A stretch of DNA of 64,000 nucleotides from Podospora anserina (lineage: Eukaryota), in contig CM030335.1 of assembly GCA_017654855.1 (NCBI GenBank), forward strand, positions 1,674,001 through 1,738,000, given 5' to 3'. Position 1 is the first letter of the stretch. Every line of letters starts with the position of its first letter. The notes under the pieces were generated by a model, which saw only the letters and a list, made by a program, of their open reading frames with translations, was not told where the DNA came from and searched no databases. Shown piece by piece: positions 26,064 to 38,068 of the stretch. The position numbers were made by a program, and so were the translations under genes.

Positions 26064-27182
26064 CGCAATGGCGGCGATTCACACGAGCAGGAGTAGTAGG
26101 ATGATGATGATGCTGTTGTTGTCAGTCGTCTTTACATGGAGGCTTACCAAGTTCGGGCAAAAATAAATTTGTCGTATTTGAAGCCAAGTCAAAAAAGTGC
26201 ATCGAGAAAGTCGACTAGGTCGAAAGGGCAGTTGTTGTACTGAGGACTGTTAAGTAACAACTCAACCAGTCGCGTCTACAGAGACATAGATCCATATCAC
26301 TCGCCGACGGAGGTGCCATTGCAACTACTGTAGGGTGGTAGGTCACCTGGGCTGGAGCAGGGCGGAATCGCCGTCATTTTCGGCCTTCAGTGTAAGGGCT
26401 GCAGCGCCAGTTGCTCCTTCCACTTTTGCTTAACGCGTGGGCCATGAGCTTCAACACGAAACTTCATCGCATGTAGCAACGTGCGTAGTGGCCGATCATT
26501 CAGCCCTACAACACCGCATGGAGTGCTTGTACGCATCCATGGATGACGCCTTTCCTTAGCAAGTAAGCGTGAGGGTCATCGCAACGACAAGCCAACCACG
26601 GAGAATCCACAGCACATTGGGTCTCTTTCGCTGATTCAAACCACACAGGAGCAACAGGACATACGGCGGCCGAATTTATCGCATCACATCAAGTATCTCA
26701 TCCTACAACAACCTGGCAGCAATTCGGCCGGAACCAAGAGTGTCGTCAAAAGTGGAGATCAACAACACAAACCCTAACCCTGCCAATACCACTCCGTTCC
26801 GGGCGATCCGGAATGGAAGCTTCGGCTCCACAGGCATGTGGAGCGGAGTTCGGACAAATCGAGATTTCCCGACTTCCGAGCTCACCGGGCAAGTTTGCAT
26901 CGAGATCCCATTCATTCAACATGGCCACGAATCCTCCTCCAATGCGCTCCGATACCACCCATTCCGGCTGCTGAATCCATTGTCACTCTTTTACTCTCCT
27001 TCTCTCAACGTTGCTAGTTTTCCTCGTTCAGATTGGCGCTCTCTCTCAACCGTGTGGGATATCGGAAACCGGTATTCCGGCCGAAACCGTGCCCGTCTCC
27101 TTTCGGTTTGCGTGCCCCTTTTTGAGCAGCCAACGTCTTGAACGTTCAACCCTAACCCTTCCGAGAGTGTTCCTCCAACATC

Positions 27183-29673
27183 ATGGAGACAGCATCGTCC
27201 TCCTCAACGACGACAACTAACGGCTCGGTCAATGGGATGCCGGCCCCGTACGGCAGGGCTTGCACAAACTGTGCGAGGGCGAAGTGCAGGTGTATCTACC
27301 GGACCGGCGGTGCCGACTGTGAGAGGTAGGCCAACACCGTTTTCACTCTAATAATGGCCGAGAGGACTTTCGGCCGAGTTGTGATGGCTCAACTGCCTCC
27401 TACTGTTTATTCAACGTCTTCTGTTTGTACTCTTTCAATCCTATAAGCATACGACCGTTGGACAGACAGGAACGGGATTGGTCACCTGCTCAAAACAGCC
27501 TGAAACCGCCGTGCCGGGACGGGTCAAGTCCCCACCTAGGTGTGCATGATGGTATGCGGTTGCCCGCATTTCCCCACGGCGCCTATCCCGTCCCAGGTTG
27601 GCGGCTCCGTGTCCCGGAGCACCGGGTCCGGGTTACAGGTCCGGACGAGGCTCAACTCCGCCGTTGGCTTCGGTGATCGTCGTTCCACTTGCAGTTCCCC
27701 ATGGGGTCCCCTCTATTTCGTTGACACATTGCTCCATCCATTGCTTGGACGCTGACATGGAACCAGATGTCATCGGTTACGGAAAGAGTGCATCCCATCG
27801 GTCTCGGTCAGGAAGAGAAATGGCAAGCGTACCCATGTCTCCCGTGCCGCCCAGCTTGAGGCTAAGCTAGAGGACCTTGTATCTCTTCTCCGTCATCAGG
27901 CCGGACCGGGTGGCACGGCTCCTTCTCCGGGTGAGCCGTCTGTTGCTTCTAGCACACCGGCACCAAGTGCTCGTTCGGCGGCCAGTGTTGCGGGTGATCA
28001 TTCATCACATCCGGTGCCAGTTGCTGTTTTGCCTCCCCAGCTACCAGATTGTCATCCGGCTCATGGAAAAGGCCGTCCAACGCCTGTCACTCGCGGTACT
28101 CTCCTTGGCAGCGTATTTGAGCCTCAGGATGTGGGACCGCGCTCACCAACCCCCCCGCCGGTCGAGCCGCCAGCCATCCCGTATTGCACCTATCAGCCAA
28201 GTCCATTCGAGGCTGCTGATGGACTGGTGACGTTCAGAAAGTATATGTTGATCTTCCTCCCATTTGTATACCTGCCATCCAACATGACGGAGGAACGGCT
28301 TCGAAAAACATATCCCTTTTTGTGGTTCAGCATCATGACTGTCACCTCCAAGAACGTGGATCGACGTCTTGTGATGAGCGAGTCAATCAAGAAGTTCATT
28401 GCCCAGAAGATGGTCATGGAACATGAGAAGAGCTTAGACCTTCTTTTTGGCCTCTTGGTCATCATGGGCTGGTGAGATTGTTGTCTGTCTGACCTGACTG
28501 GGCAAGGTGCTGACCCAGATGCAGGACTCATTATCACATAAAGCGGGAAAAACCCATCCTTTCACTTCTGGCATCGCTCGCAAAATCATTAGTATTTGAT
28601 CTTGGCTTGAACAAAGTTCCTAGTGAGCCGTACATTTCAGCGTGTTTGAAGACAGCCTTCCACCCTCCACCAAGAGAAAAGACGATGGAGGAACGACGAG
28701 CCGTGCTGGCGTGTTTCCTGCTCACATCTCAGATATCTCATTCCCTAAAGAGGCTGGACGCCCTAACCTGGACGTCTCACATGGAAGAAAGCTTACAGTT
28801 CCTTACCCAGCGGCACGAGTGGGAAGGGGACGATCTTTTGGTTGCTCAGGTCAAGATTCAACTCATCGTCGAGCAGCTCAACAGGGCCACATCACAGTCA
28901 AGAGACAATGCGCCACCTTCGTACTATCTTTCGGCCCTCCACACTCAGCTTACCAACATCAAGACCCAGCTCCCCAGTCATTTGCAACAAAACGGTACAG
29001 TCTACCCCCCTCGTCTCTCTCTTCATTTAGGACTGCAAATGCTAATAATACCATGGCAGACACAATCCTCAGCCACATCTCCTACACCGAGCTCGCCATC
29101 CACGAAGCCGCCGTTGCCAAGCCCCGTATCTCCCCAACCACCACCGTCCCCGACCTCCAGCGCTACGCCGCCATGGAGGCCTGCCTCAACGCCATCAAAG
29201 ACTGGTTCGACCGCCACTTCTCCATCCCGTCATACGTCTACATCGGCATGACGTTCAGCTACTGGTGCCACATGGCCCACTGCCTCCTCTCCCTCTACCG
29301 GCTCTCCGTCCTCGACGACCCCGCCTGGGACCGCCGCGCCGTCCGCAACAAGCTCGATCTGCTACGGATCTGCGACCAGCTCAAGCTAGGCTTTGAGGAG
29401 CTCTCCGCCAAAAGAAGGCTAGACTCGGGCCCGACGATCGAGGAGGATGGGTTCACCAAGTTTAACATGATGCTGCGGACAATGAAGAGCGGGTGGGTGG
29501 CGGAGCTGGCGGCGATTGACGGGGTGGATCTGAACGGCGGGGGGCATCATTCGAGCTCGGTGGAACAGTACCTGGATGCGGGGAACGCGAATGAGCTGAA
29601 CTTGCCGTTGTTTCATGCCGAGGATCCGGAGGCGTGGATGGCGGGGTTGTTCGATATGAATTGGGATCCTTGA
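27183..29673 (+). CDS. Zn(II)2Cys6 transcription factor; first intron 27326-27766 splits the zinc cluster, further introns ~28473-28523 and ~28995-29058
   Basis: Spliced CTNCARAKCRCIYRTGGADCER|CHRLRKEC matches C-x2-C-x6-C-x8-C-x2-C-x6-C. Middle region FLPFV...YPFLW..KSLDLL.GLL..EERRAVLACF is typical of fungal C6 regulators. Confidence 0.9.
27469..27686 (+). ncRNA. Candidate structured intronic RNA element (unknown class)
   Basis: About ten mutually nested helices read directly from the sequence (see findings). GC-rich island inside a 441-nt intron. Confidence 0.5.
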
Positions 29674-29775
29674 GCTTGTTCGGCAGCATCGCATTGACAT
29701 CACCGGACAACTGATCACGGCAACTTGAACGAGGACAACTTTTATTTACGCGACTGTTCTGTTGTTACAAAGGTT

Positions 29776-31241
29776 CTATACAGGGTTTCTCCTTAGGGGA
29801 GAGAGAGGGGGTGAGGTCAGAGCCACGGCTGTGGGCATTGCTGGTACTGGTGGTGGTGGTGCTGCCCATTCTTGCCTTGCTTCCCCTTCATACTGCGGCT
29901 GTGAGGCGCTGAAACTCATCGCTCTCGACTTGATGCCCCCGGGTATCATGAAGTTGGGTAGATTCGGGCTCGCAACATTTTCTGGGCCCTGTGGTGGTCG
30001 GGATGGCTGTGATGGGTGCGGCGGATAATACGGTGATGCCTGTGAGGCCATACCGAGCGACTGCCGGTGGGGCGTCAGGGGCGACACCGGGAGGATCGGG
30101 TGCCCTGGGGAAGGATAAGCTGTGAAGGCGCTTACTGGGCGGTAGGGCACGCCGTGTGCGCCGAGGTCACCGCCTTGAGAGGAGGGGATGTACTGCTGCT
30201 GCTGCTGTTGGTAGTATCCCTGATTCGGGGCATAAGCAAACTGCTGCTGGGGTTGGCCGGGTGAAGTCTGGGCAAAGGCAATGTGCTGCTGCTGCTGCTG
30301 CTGCTGCTCTTGACCCGGCGATCCTACCATCGCAAACTTCTGTTGTTCTTGTGTTGGTAGGGGGGGTAGGTAAGCCCCATACTGCTGCTGCCCTTCCCGT
30401 TGGTACCCCCAATACTGCCCCTGCCCCTGCCCCCCCGGACTCCCACCCACCGCTACACCAACCTGCGACGGAGAGAAACTCGACTGCCTCCTCGCGCCCG
30501 CGGCAGCGAATGCGTACTCGTCTTTGTGAAAGAAGGGGTCATCGTTTGTGGCAGAACCGTTCCTACTGCTGAGATCACCTGGAAGGGTCGGTTCAGGGTA
30601 TTGCTGCGGCTTGGTATTGTCAACCATGTTCATCGTGTCAGGGTAATCAGCCGTGACGACTGCACCGCGGATCCCGCCTTTTTTCTTGCGCCAGAGGAGG
30701 AAGATGATGAGGGCGATGAGAGCGACGGCTGCGACTGCCCCGGCTGCTATCCCGGCTGCTGTGCCGGGGGATAGACCGCTTCCCTCTTCTGAAGGGGGAA
30801 GGGGTGATTCGGTTGCGGAGGGGGAGGCGCTGGCGGCGGGGGAGGTGGTTTCTGTTGCGCTGAGTGTTGTTGAGGTTTCTACCGCGCTGGTGGTTGTTTG
30901 AGTGTCATCGGTTTTTGTCGTATCGTCATCTTCGGTTGTGGAGGAAGGGGATGGGGTTCGGGAGGACAGGCGGGTGGTGATGGTGGTGCGGGCTGTTATT
31001 ATTGTCGTTCTTCGCGGGGGTTCTGGTTCTTGGTCTTGTCGGGGAGACAGGTGGTGGATGGGTTCGTGGGGGAGGTTGCTTGGTGGGATAGCGGGCTGGG
31101 GTTGTTAGTTGATGAATGCCATGAGCGTCGGATCACACGAAGACTTACATCCACCGCCCTCCCCCTCACCACCGTCGCTACTACATCAACTCGTGCTATC
31201 ACGCCCACAGTAACTGAGAGTAGCAATCGACCGGTCTTCAT
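29776..31241 (-). CDS. Type I membrane protein with Ser/Thr-rich ectodomain and Gln/Pro-rich cytoplasmic tail (cell-wall-sensor-like architecture); intron ~31096-31148
   Basis: Hydrophobic N-terminus, TTTSAVETSTTLSATETTS region, TM AGIAAGAVAAVALIALIIFLLW followed by RKKK, polyQ tail. Confidence 0.75.
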
Positions 31242-32416
31242 TTGCTGCCTGCTGCGACTGCGGTTGCTTTTCGATGGAGATCCTCAGTTATGTTGCATTC
31301 TTTCCCGGAAGTGTGTTGTATATCGCTTGCTAGCTGCTCCCGTCGTCAAACTGTTCGTCAAGAGTGAGAAAGCAAAGAGAGGGGGACAAGAACACCCATG
31401 TGAACACGGGTTCGGACTTGGGGGGGCCATGTATCACTTATAAAAGGTGGCTTTGTATACAAATCTTGGAAATCCTTCCCGTCCCCGTGTGGATGGATGT
31501 TTTGGGTTATTATGCGAACTTTTGGTCTGGTATCAGATGTGAGGTTGTCGGGTTTGGCCACCGAAGGAGGCGGGCTCCTTGGAGCAATGGGATTTTTCGG
31601 CGTCAGCTTTCTGTTAAGCTTACATTTGATCCTGGTCTTGGGAATAGGCAAGGGGGAACGGACATGTACAGTAGATCTCGTCACTCAAAACAAGCTGTGG
31701 TCAATTTGCGGTCGTCGTCTGGGCGGGCTGGAAGGAAAAACAGAATGGTTTTGTGGAGTCCGAGAAAGCGACCAATGGGAAATTTCCGAGGGAGAGAAGC
31801 AAACATTGATGTTGCTGGTGGTGGTGGACTTTGCAGGACCAACTCAACTCCTTGGTCGAAGGGACGGGTGGTTTGTTGTTGGTTTGGGGGCCGGGCTTGG
31901 ACCGTGCCCGGCCGGTCGGGTCGGTCGGTGGTGGGGCCGGATGTGAGATGTGAGGGGTTGTTGGTGCTCGCTTTTAGTGCGTCATTGGGAAAGATGAAAA
32001 GTTTGAGATCTCTCGCGCGATTGGACTGTCGAGTATAAATATGGGAAAATGTTTGCATTTGTGGGATGTTGGAAGGCGAGAAGGAGAGGTGGGTGGAGGA
32101 TGTGAGCAGTGTCACACATAACCCTAACTGCAAACTGGAGCTAATGTACACTTCACGGGAGGGCAGAAAATGGGGAAAATGGTTTCCACAAAGTTATTCA
32201 CTTCTAAGACAAAGCGTGTCAAAAGGAAAGTAGTTGTGTTATTCTCATGATTGTGTCCCCATCATAACCCTAACCGACTAACAGACCGACCGACCCAAGA
32301 TATCCTATGCCATGCTGGCAACAAAGTGTGTTGATTGAAGAGAGTGTGAAAAAAGGGGTATCGTGCAAAATTTGTGTTGTGTATGTGTGTGTGTGTTGTG
32401 TGAGTGAGGGAATAAC

Positions 32417-32569
32417 TTATTTGCATCCAGAGCAGGAGCCTATAGGTGAGTTGTTAATAATGTGAAAGACAGGAGAGGAGAGGTCGTTCGTGATGGAGTG
32501 GTGTGACATACAGTCAGAGCCGCAAGAGCAGCTAGAGGCGGAGCCGGAGCAGTTGCAAGAGCCACCCAT
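32417..32569 (-). CDS. MT1: Copper metallothionein, 26 aa (MGGSCNCSGSASSCSCGSDCSCSGCK); exons 32569-32512 and 32439-32417
   Basis: Seven Cys in CxC clusters, resembling the Neurospora Cu-metallothionein. GTATGT...TAG intron 32511-32440. Missing from the ORF track. Confidence 0.93.
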   Translation of the reverse strand: MGGSCNCSGSASSCSCGSDCMSHHSITNDLSSPVFHIINNSPIGSCSGCK

Positions 32570-32689
32570 TTTGATAGTTGTTTGGGGTTTGTTGGTTAAG
32601 AGTTGATTGTTGGTTTTGTATTGATGAGTGTGAGATGATTGGAAGCTGATGATGGAATAAGAGGGAGAGATGAGGGGAGATCAAGCGGG

Positions 32690-32697
32690 TATTTATA
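32690..32697 (-). promoter_or_regulatory. TATA box of the metallothionein gene
   Basis: TATAAATA on the minus strand about 120 nt upstream of the ATG. Confidence 0.7.
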
Positions 32698-34214
32698 CAC
32701 CGAGATCTGGCGGATTGGGGGACAAGAGAAATAGGCAGGCACGCAGGCAACACAGCAGATACGATGGCAAAAAAAAAAACCGGATGCCACCTAATGCGTG
32801 GTTTGTGCCGGTTCTGCGGATCATGGCGTGCGTCTTTTGTGCGGGATGCAGCTGTTTGGGGAGCGCTAGAGACGTGGTCCACCCCCTTGGCAACCTAGAT
32901 TTGTTGGTGACCAGACCACCAGGCGTCAGATGGGCAGAGTGCTATTGGATGACCATGACAAATTGGAACGGGAATTGATTAAGGCAAAAAAGATAGGTAG
33001 ATACTGAGAATGGAATGTTGAGGCGAGCTCTGGCGTTGGACGTTGGCGTTGAGGTCACCGTCTAACTGTTAGAGATTGCTGTGTGATATGGTCGCTCGCC
33101 CTAACAGCGGGGTACGGCAGATCACAATGTTCCTGGGGCAGACTACAACGCTTGTCTTCCGAACGGGTTATTTACCGATTCCAAACTAGCACCGGGACTG
33201 GGTGAACAAATAGCGAACCATTACAAGACCCTGACAATGAAAGATTCTAGGCTTTCTCAACCTCTCACGCGTGAACCCTTTGACGTACACTTGTAAGTTG
33301 AAAGTGCGGGGTCACTGTGCCACGGTCCACCAGGGCCGATCAGCTGCGTCATCCCCCACCAAAAGTGACCCTGTCTGCGATATTTGTGCGTGAACTTCAT
33401 CCAGTCAACGCCAGTCATCCCACCGCTAGTGTATCTGTGGTGAGTAGCCAAAGGAGATGGTGATTCAGCTGATCGAGCGTTTTTAAGAGGTTTCCGCGGG
33501 GTCACGGCCTTACGCGCGCCAATCATTCACTCATTCACGGCGGCGAACGCCGTCATGGTTCGGGTCCCCCCACGACGCTGTGGTACGTGCGGGAGGTCCA
33601 CAATGCCGCAAACCGCCGGGGGTGGGTCGTCCGTTCCGATTCGGTCGCCACCGGTTTCCATTCGTCATGGTTCCGGCACCTTTCGGGGTCGGAATGTTAA
33701 ACTGATGGCCGTTCATGCCGCGGCACACGAACTGTCATTGGACCCAAGTCAGGAAGGCCGAGCGCCGTGTCGGATCCATGGCCATGTCACAGATCCATCT
33801 GATTTTCGAGGTGGTCAAGGCGCCCCAAAACTTCAAATGGCACCAGAAGAGACGCTGACGAGTAAATAGATTCAGTGCAGCTATAGAAGCTATTCCAAAA
33901 TGGCGGTTCCTTCAAATCTGGTTTAAAGAGACAACCAGAATCACCACAGTCACTGCTGGTGAGTGTCATTTCCAGGCACAGGAGTTCTTGCATCGTACGT
34001 TTGCTCGTGCTTCCAGGGGTGTTGAAACTGCCCCTGAATCGCTTCAAGCTCCCATCGAACGATATGCTTCTGCCACATTGCCATCGCCCAGTGAGCCATC
34101 AAGCTCATCCTGAAGCCCCCAATCATAAATAACAGCAACTATCTACTATTTCCGTCTTTTCATGTTTGAATCACATCACTCAATTTCCACATTAAATCTT
34201 CCATTGCCGTGAAC

Positions 34215-35078
34215 ATGTCTACAATCCCGCGCAGATCAAACTCTACCAATCCCCGTCCAGGGAGCTCTGCCTTCCCCAGAGTCCCCAGGAGCAAGCTTGC
34301 GCCCCAACCATTAGACCTCAAGCGTTCAAACACTACAGCTGGAACCCAGTCATCTCAACCTCAACAGGAACAGACGTCAAGGTCAACCCCCTACTCGTCA
34401 TCAGCCAGGGAACGCATCGACCCCAGAGCACCCCTCTCACCCATTCCATCCTCCGCCGGCTCCCGCTCAACACCGTACTCCTCCAACCTAAAAGAGCGAA
34501 CCGACCTCCGCTCTTCCGCAGCCCCCCGACCTCTCCAAACAGCCCAATCCCTCAACCGAAGGCCCTCTAACGCCACAGAAACCACCACAGGCCATAGGCG
34601 ACGTCCCTCTCTAGGAGGGGAGTCGATCGGCCAATTTGCCTCCAGCCGGCGCCCTTCAGCACCAGACGGGCACAACCGGCGCTCTTCCGCTTCTCAACAA
34701 CAGCAGTCCAGTAACACCCCCCCACGGAGACCCTCGGCACCAACCCATACCCGTCGCCCCTCTGGACCAACCTACCAGCCCCAACCACAACGGCACAATC
34801 TTCGTCCTTCAGCACAGCAACAAAATCATGGGCGGAGGGATGGCGGTGGAGGAGGGGTAGGGGGGAGACCGCCGATAACCCAGCAGGTGGATCAGGCGAC
34901 AAAGACGCAGATTAACCAGACTTATGCGGTTACTATGATGGCTAGTCCGTATAACCCTTTGCCGTTCTTTTTGCCGATTCCTTTGGGGATTGCGATGCTT
35001 TTGACGCCGAGCGGGAAGGATGTGAGGGGGGCGGGGCCGGCGCCGATGAGAGCTGGGACTGTGGGTGGGAGGCGGTGA
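34215..35078 (+). CDS. Hypothetical Ser/Pro/Arg/Gln-rich disordered protein with C-terminal hydrophobic segment
   Basis: Intronless 287-aa ORF with repeated RRPS motifs and terminal PLPFFLPIPLGIAMLL. Confidence 0.6.
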   Translation: MSTIPRRSNSTNPRPGSSAFPRVPRSKLAPQPLDLKRSNTTAGTQSSQPQQEQTSRSTPYSSSARERIDPRAPLSPIPSSAGSRSTPYSSNLKERTDLRSSAAPRPLQTAQSLNRRPSNATETTTGHRRRPSLGGESIGQFASSRRPSAPDGHNRRSSASQQQQSSNTPPRRPSAPTHTRRPSGPTYQPQPQRHNLRPSAQQQNHGRRDGGGGGVGGRPPITQQVDQATKTQINQTYAVTMMASPYNPLPFFLPIPLGIAMLLTPSGKDVRGAGPAPMRAGTVGGRR

Positions 35079-35741
35079 TTACCTCTCTAGGGGTATTCCG
35101 GACATTCCATGGGGAAGTTTCTGAGTGGATAGGGAGTTGTGCTCCGGACAGACGAAGTCCTGACAAGTCCGGGCTTATTCTGGTTGTCAGATGGAATTCG
35201 GAGGAGGGTGGATTGGGAGGGAGCCAAGGGAAGCCAAGGTCTTCTTGGTGTCTATGAGACTCGAGTCTTTAGAGGACAGCAGCTGGGCATTATGTAATTT
35301 AGGAGGCATTTGGATCATTGTGTAGACGGCCCTGCGACTATCGGGGCTGTAACTGGCCCTCCATATTATGTCTGCATTTACAGATAGTTAGAAGAAACAG
35401 GCACTCTGGGAACCTCTATTTTTACCTCTCCCTCATGCTAGTCTCGGACCTTTCCTCCCGTCGATTGCGGCCATGATCGTGAATCTTACCGCCATGTGCC
35501 GTCCACATTCCAGCCTTTGTCCGTTCAACCCAGGAACCAAATTCCACCGTCTCTACAACCCGACGAAAACCTAAGACATGATCATTTTATTCTCCGTTCC
35601 AATCATGTCAACCCTCTCTCTTCAAAACAACGAAGTCCCTTTTACAATGGTATAAATCCACCCTCTCGTCGATCATTCCCTTCCTCTCACCTTCTCACCC
35701 CGTACACCACTCTCTCTCTTCACCGTACTGTCCTGCCCAAA

Positions 35742-36575
35742 ATGCAACTCCTCTCCCTCCTAGCCCTCGGACTCTCCACAACCCCTTGCCTCGCCGCCGT
35801 CGCCGCCCCGGCCGAAGCAGCCCGCCTCCCGGCCTCAGAAGTCATCCGCAACCTCGAGCTCCTCACCCGCTCCACCCGGGACCTCATCCCGGCTGCCCGT
35901 GACCTCTCCACTCGCGCCGCCGTTCAGTTCAGGGGTATGTTACCCAGTCTTTTCCCTTTTCCCTTAGCCCTTACTAACCTCCCTCAAAGACAACGAACGC
36001 GGCCCCTTCGCAACCGTAGTCGACGGCCTCGAAGACCTCGCCTCCACCGCCACCTCGGACCGCAACTCCATCATCGACGAGGACCGCCGCGGCCGCGAGC
36101 CAACGTACATCGGCCGTGACGCCCGCAATATCGACAAGGCTATCAGCGATCTGTTTGACCGGGCCAAAGAGCTGAGTGAGCGTATTGGCGATGAGAGTAG
36201 ATTTGGACGGTTGTTCTCCAACGTTGGGAGCAAGGTGGGACGGGGGTTGGAGAGGTGGGGGGATGCGGTTTATGAAGTGAGTAGTAGCTTCTTGAGGGAC
36301 AGTTGGGGGTGTTTGGATATTTGCTGACGCTATGGGGGTAGTTGGCCAAGACGATTGATGACCGCGTTGATGGTGGGCTCGAGACGGGGACTTGGAGGGA
36401 GGTGTTGAGGGTTACGGGGACGATTGACAAGGTTGTTAATGATTATACTAGTGGACGGGTGAGGTTGAGCAGCATCCTTAGGGATATTGGACGGCCGGGG
36501 GATAGGGCTGGGGGGATTAGCATTGATTTGGGGTTGAGGCCTATTGGGTTGAGGCTTGGTGCTGGGAGGGTTTAA
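35742..36575 (+). CDS. Putative secreted helical protein (2 introns)
   Basis: Signal peptide MQLLSLLALGLSTTPCLA; TATAAA at ~35651; GTATGT (~35935) and GTGAGT (~36278) introns with CTAAC/CTGAC branch sites. Confidence 0.7.
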
Positions 36576-36737
36576 AGGGGGGGTAGTTGTTGGGGAGATA
36601 GGTAGGAGGGATGGTAACAAGGGGTAAGGTAGGATAGTTTGAAGCAAAACTTGTACTGTTTTTTTTTGTCCTTTTTAATAGTATCCACGAGTTACAGAAC
36701 CAACAATGATACACCCAAGAAGATTGATGGCGAAACA

Positions 36738-38068
36738 CTACAACATCACAAACCTCGCCCCATCCTCACTCCCCATCTCAGACTCACACAAATCAATCGC
36801 AAATTTCAACCCACCCACACTCACCGTGCAATCCCTCTCCAGCTTCTCCAATATCGCCCTCTTCGGATTACTCTTCAACTCCTTCTCCCTCTTCTCCCTC
36901 GCTTGACCAACCTCTTCGGTCGGACACCACAACCTAAGGTCTACAGATTTCCTTCTCCGGCTGCCTCCACGCGTCTCACCAGAAGACGGCCACTTCCCCA
37001 GCGTAGGACTAATCTCCATCTCGGCCTCCGGGACCGGACTTCCAGCGGTGGACTTACTGGCCTCCAAGAACTCTTCCACGAGGTAGGTCTTCCCTGCATT
37101 TGGAAAAGGTGGGAGACGTGGCCCCCACTGGTCCTCGTCAACCCAGTCCTCGTCAGGGAGCACCACCGCCGCGGATAGGAATTTGCTTTCTTTTGGCAAC
37201 TTGTACTTTTTTCTCTTGAGAGCGGAGTCCAAGGCGCAGCGGAGATTCCCTGCCTTTCGCCTGCGGATGTAGCCGCTCGTGTGGATCAGGGCGGTTTCGC
37301 TGGCGATGTAGCGCGAGACGCGGAGAATGAAGATGGATACGTCGTTGTCGGGGGCGTTTTTGAAGAATCCATCACGGCGGACGATGGCGCGCTCCCTGTT
37401 ACATGACACAGAGTTAGTAGAAACTGGTGAAGAATTGCAAAGGTGCCTTTCAGGTTACAACTTACCGATCGTACGAGTCAAGTTCGTAATCACCTCCCAC
37501 CAAGGGGAAGTACTGTAACTGGTCCTCCTTTTTCTTTCCGCCAATGGCTCGCTTCTTGGTGGCTGGGGCAGCAGTAGTGGGAGCTACTTTGCGCTTTGCT
37601 GCCCTGGAGGGTTGGACTCGCGTTGGGGCTTGAACTTTATCTTTGCTCGAGCGTGGAGGTAGCAGACAGTCTACGCCGTCTGGTTCTGAGAGACCGCAAT
37701 AGACTCTTGTCCCGGGATTTTCTTCGCGCGTCTGGTGCCACGTTCGCCCGTCAGCATTACTGCGCTACTCGCAAGATGTGATTCAACAATTGGTACAATA
37801 CCCTCTTGTGGTCTTCCAGCAAGAGGACACGGTCGATCTCCGCCTTGTACCAGGCCTTGACTCGGTTGTAGAACTCGTCTCGTGAGTATACCTCGCCCTT
37901 CTTAAGGGCGAGCAAGTCGTGCTTCACGTCATTTATACCGCCAGTGTGGTACTTGAGAGGCGAGTTCGTGGTGTTGCCCGACTCTTCGACCTCACTGGCA
38001 ACCTTGGCGAAATTCCATGTTGGCGTGGGAAGAGGCGTCGTTTTTCTTCCTGCTCCTTTAGGACCCAT
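36738..38068 (-). CDS. Hypothetical basic, lineage-specific protein; junction near 37760-37800 is uncertain (possible pseudogene)
   Basis: MGPKG exon, a middle frame (RAAKRKVAPTTAAPATKKR), a clear GTAAGT intron at ~37465, and ORF 36738-37409. The first join needs a ~37-nt intron or a frameshift. Confidence 0.4.

Noticed and set aside
27447-27500. 5S rRNA-like start GCATACGACC (also GCATACGGCC at ~60507)
   Set aside because: Similarity fades after ~10 nt; no 5S internal control region, 3' stem or T-run terminator.
27469-27710. Intronic structure as a TPP riboswitch, RNase MRP or SRP RNA
   Set aside because: No TPP CTGAGA/ATACC...TGAT core. AAGTCCCC...ATGGGG only partly resembles the MRP P4 strands. 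No proper SRP helix-8 motif.
32119-32273. Two TAACCCTAA motifs as a telomerase RNA template
   Set aside because: Short telomere-like words squeezed between genes, with others at ~26770 and ~27150. No pseudoknot or other supporting element identified.
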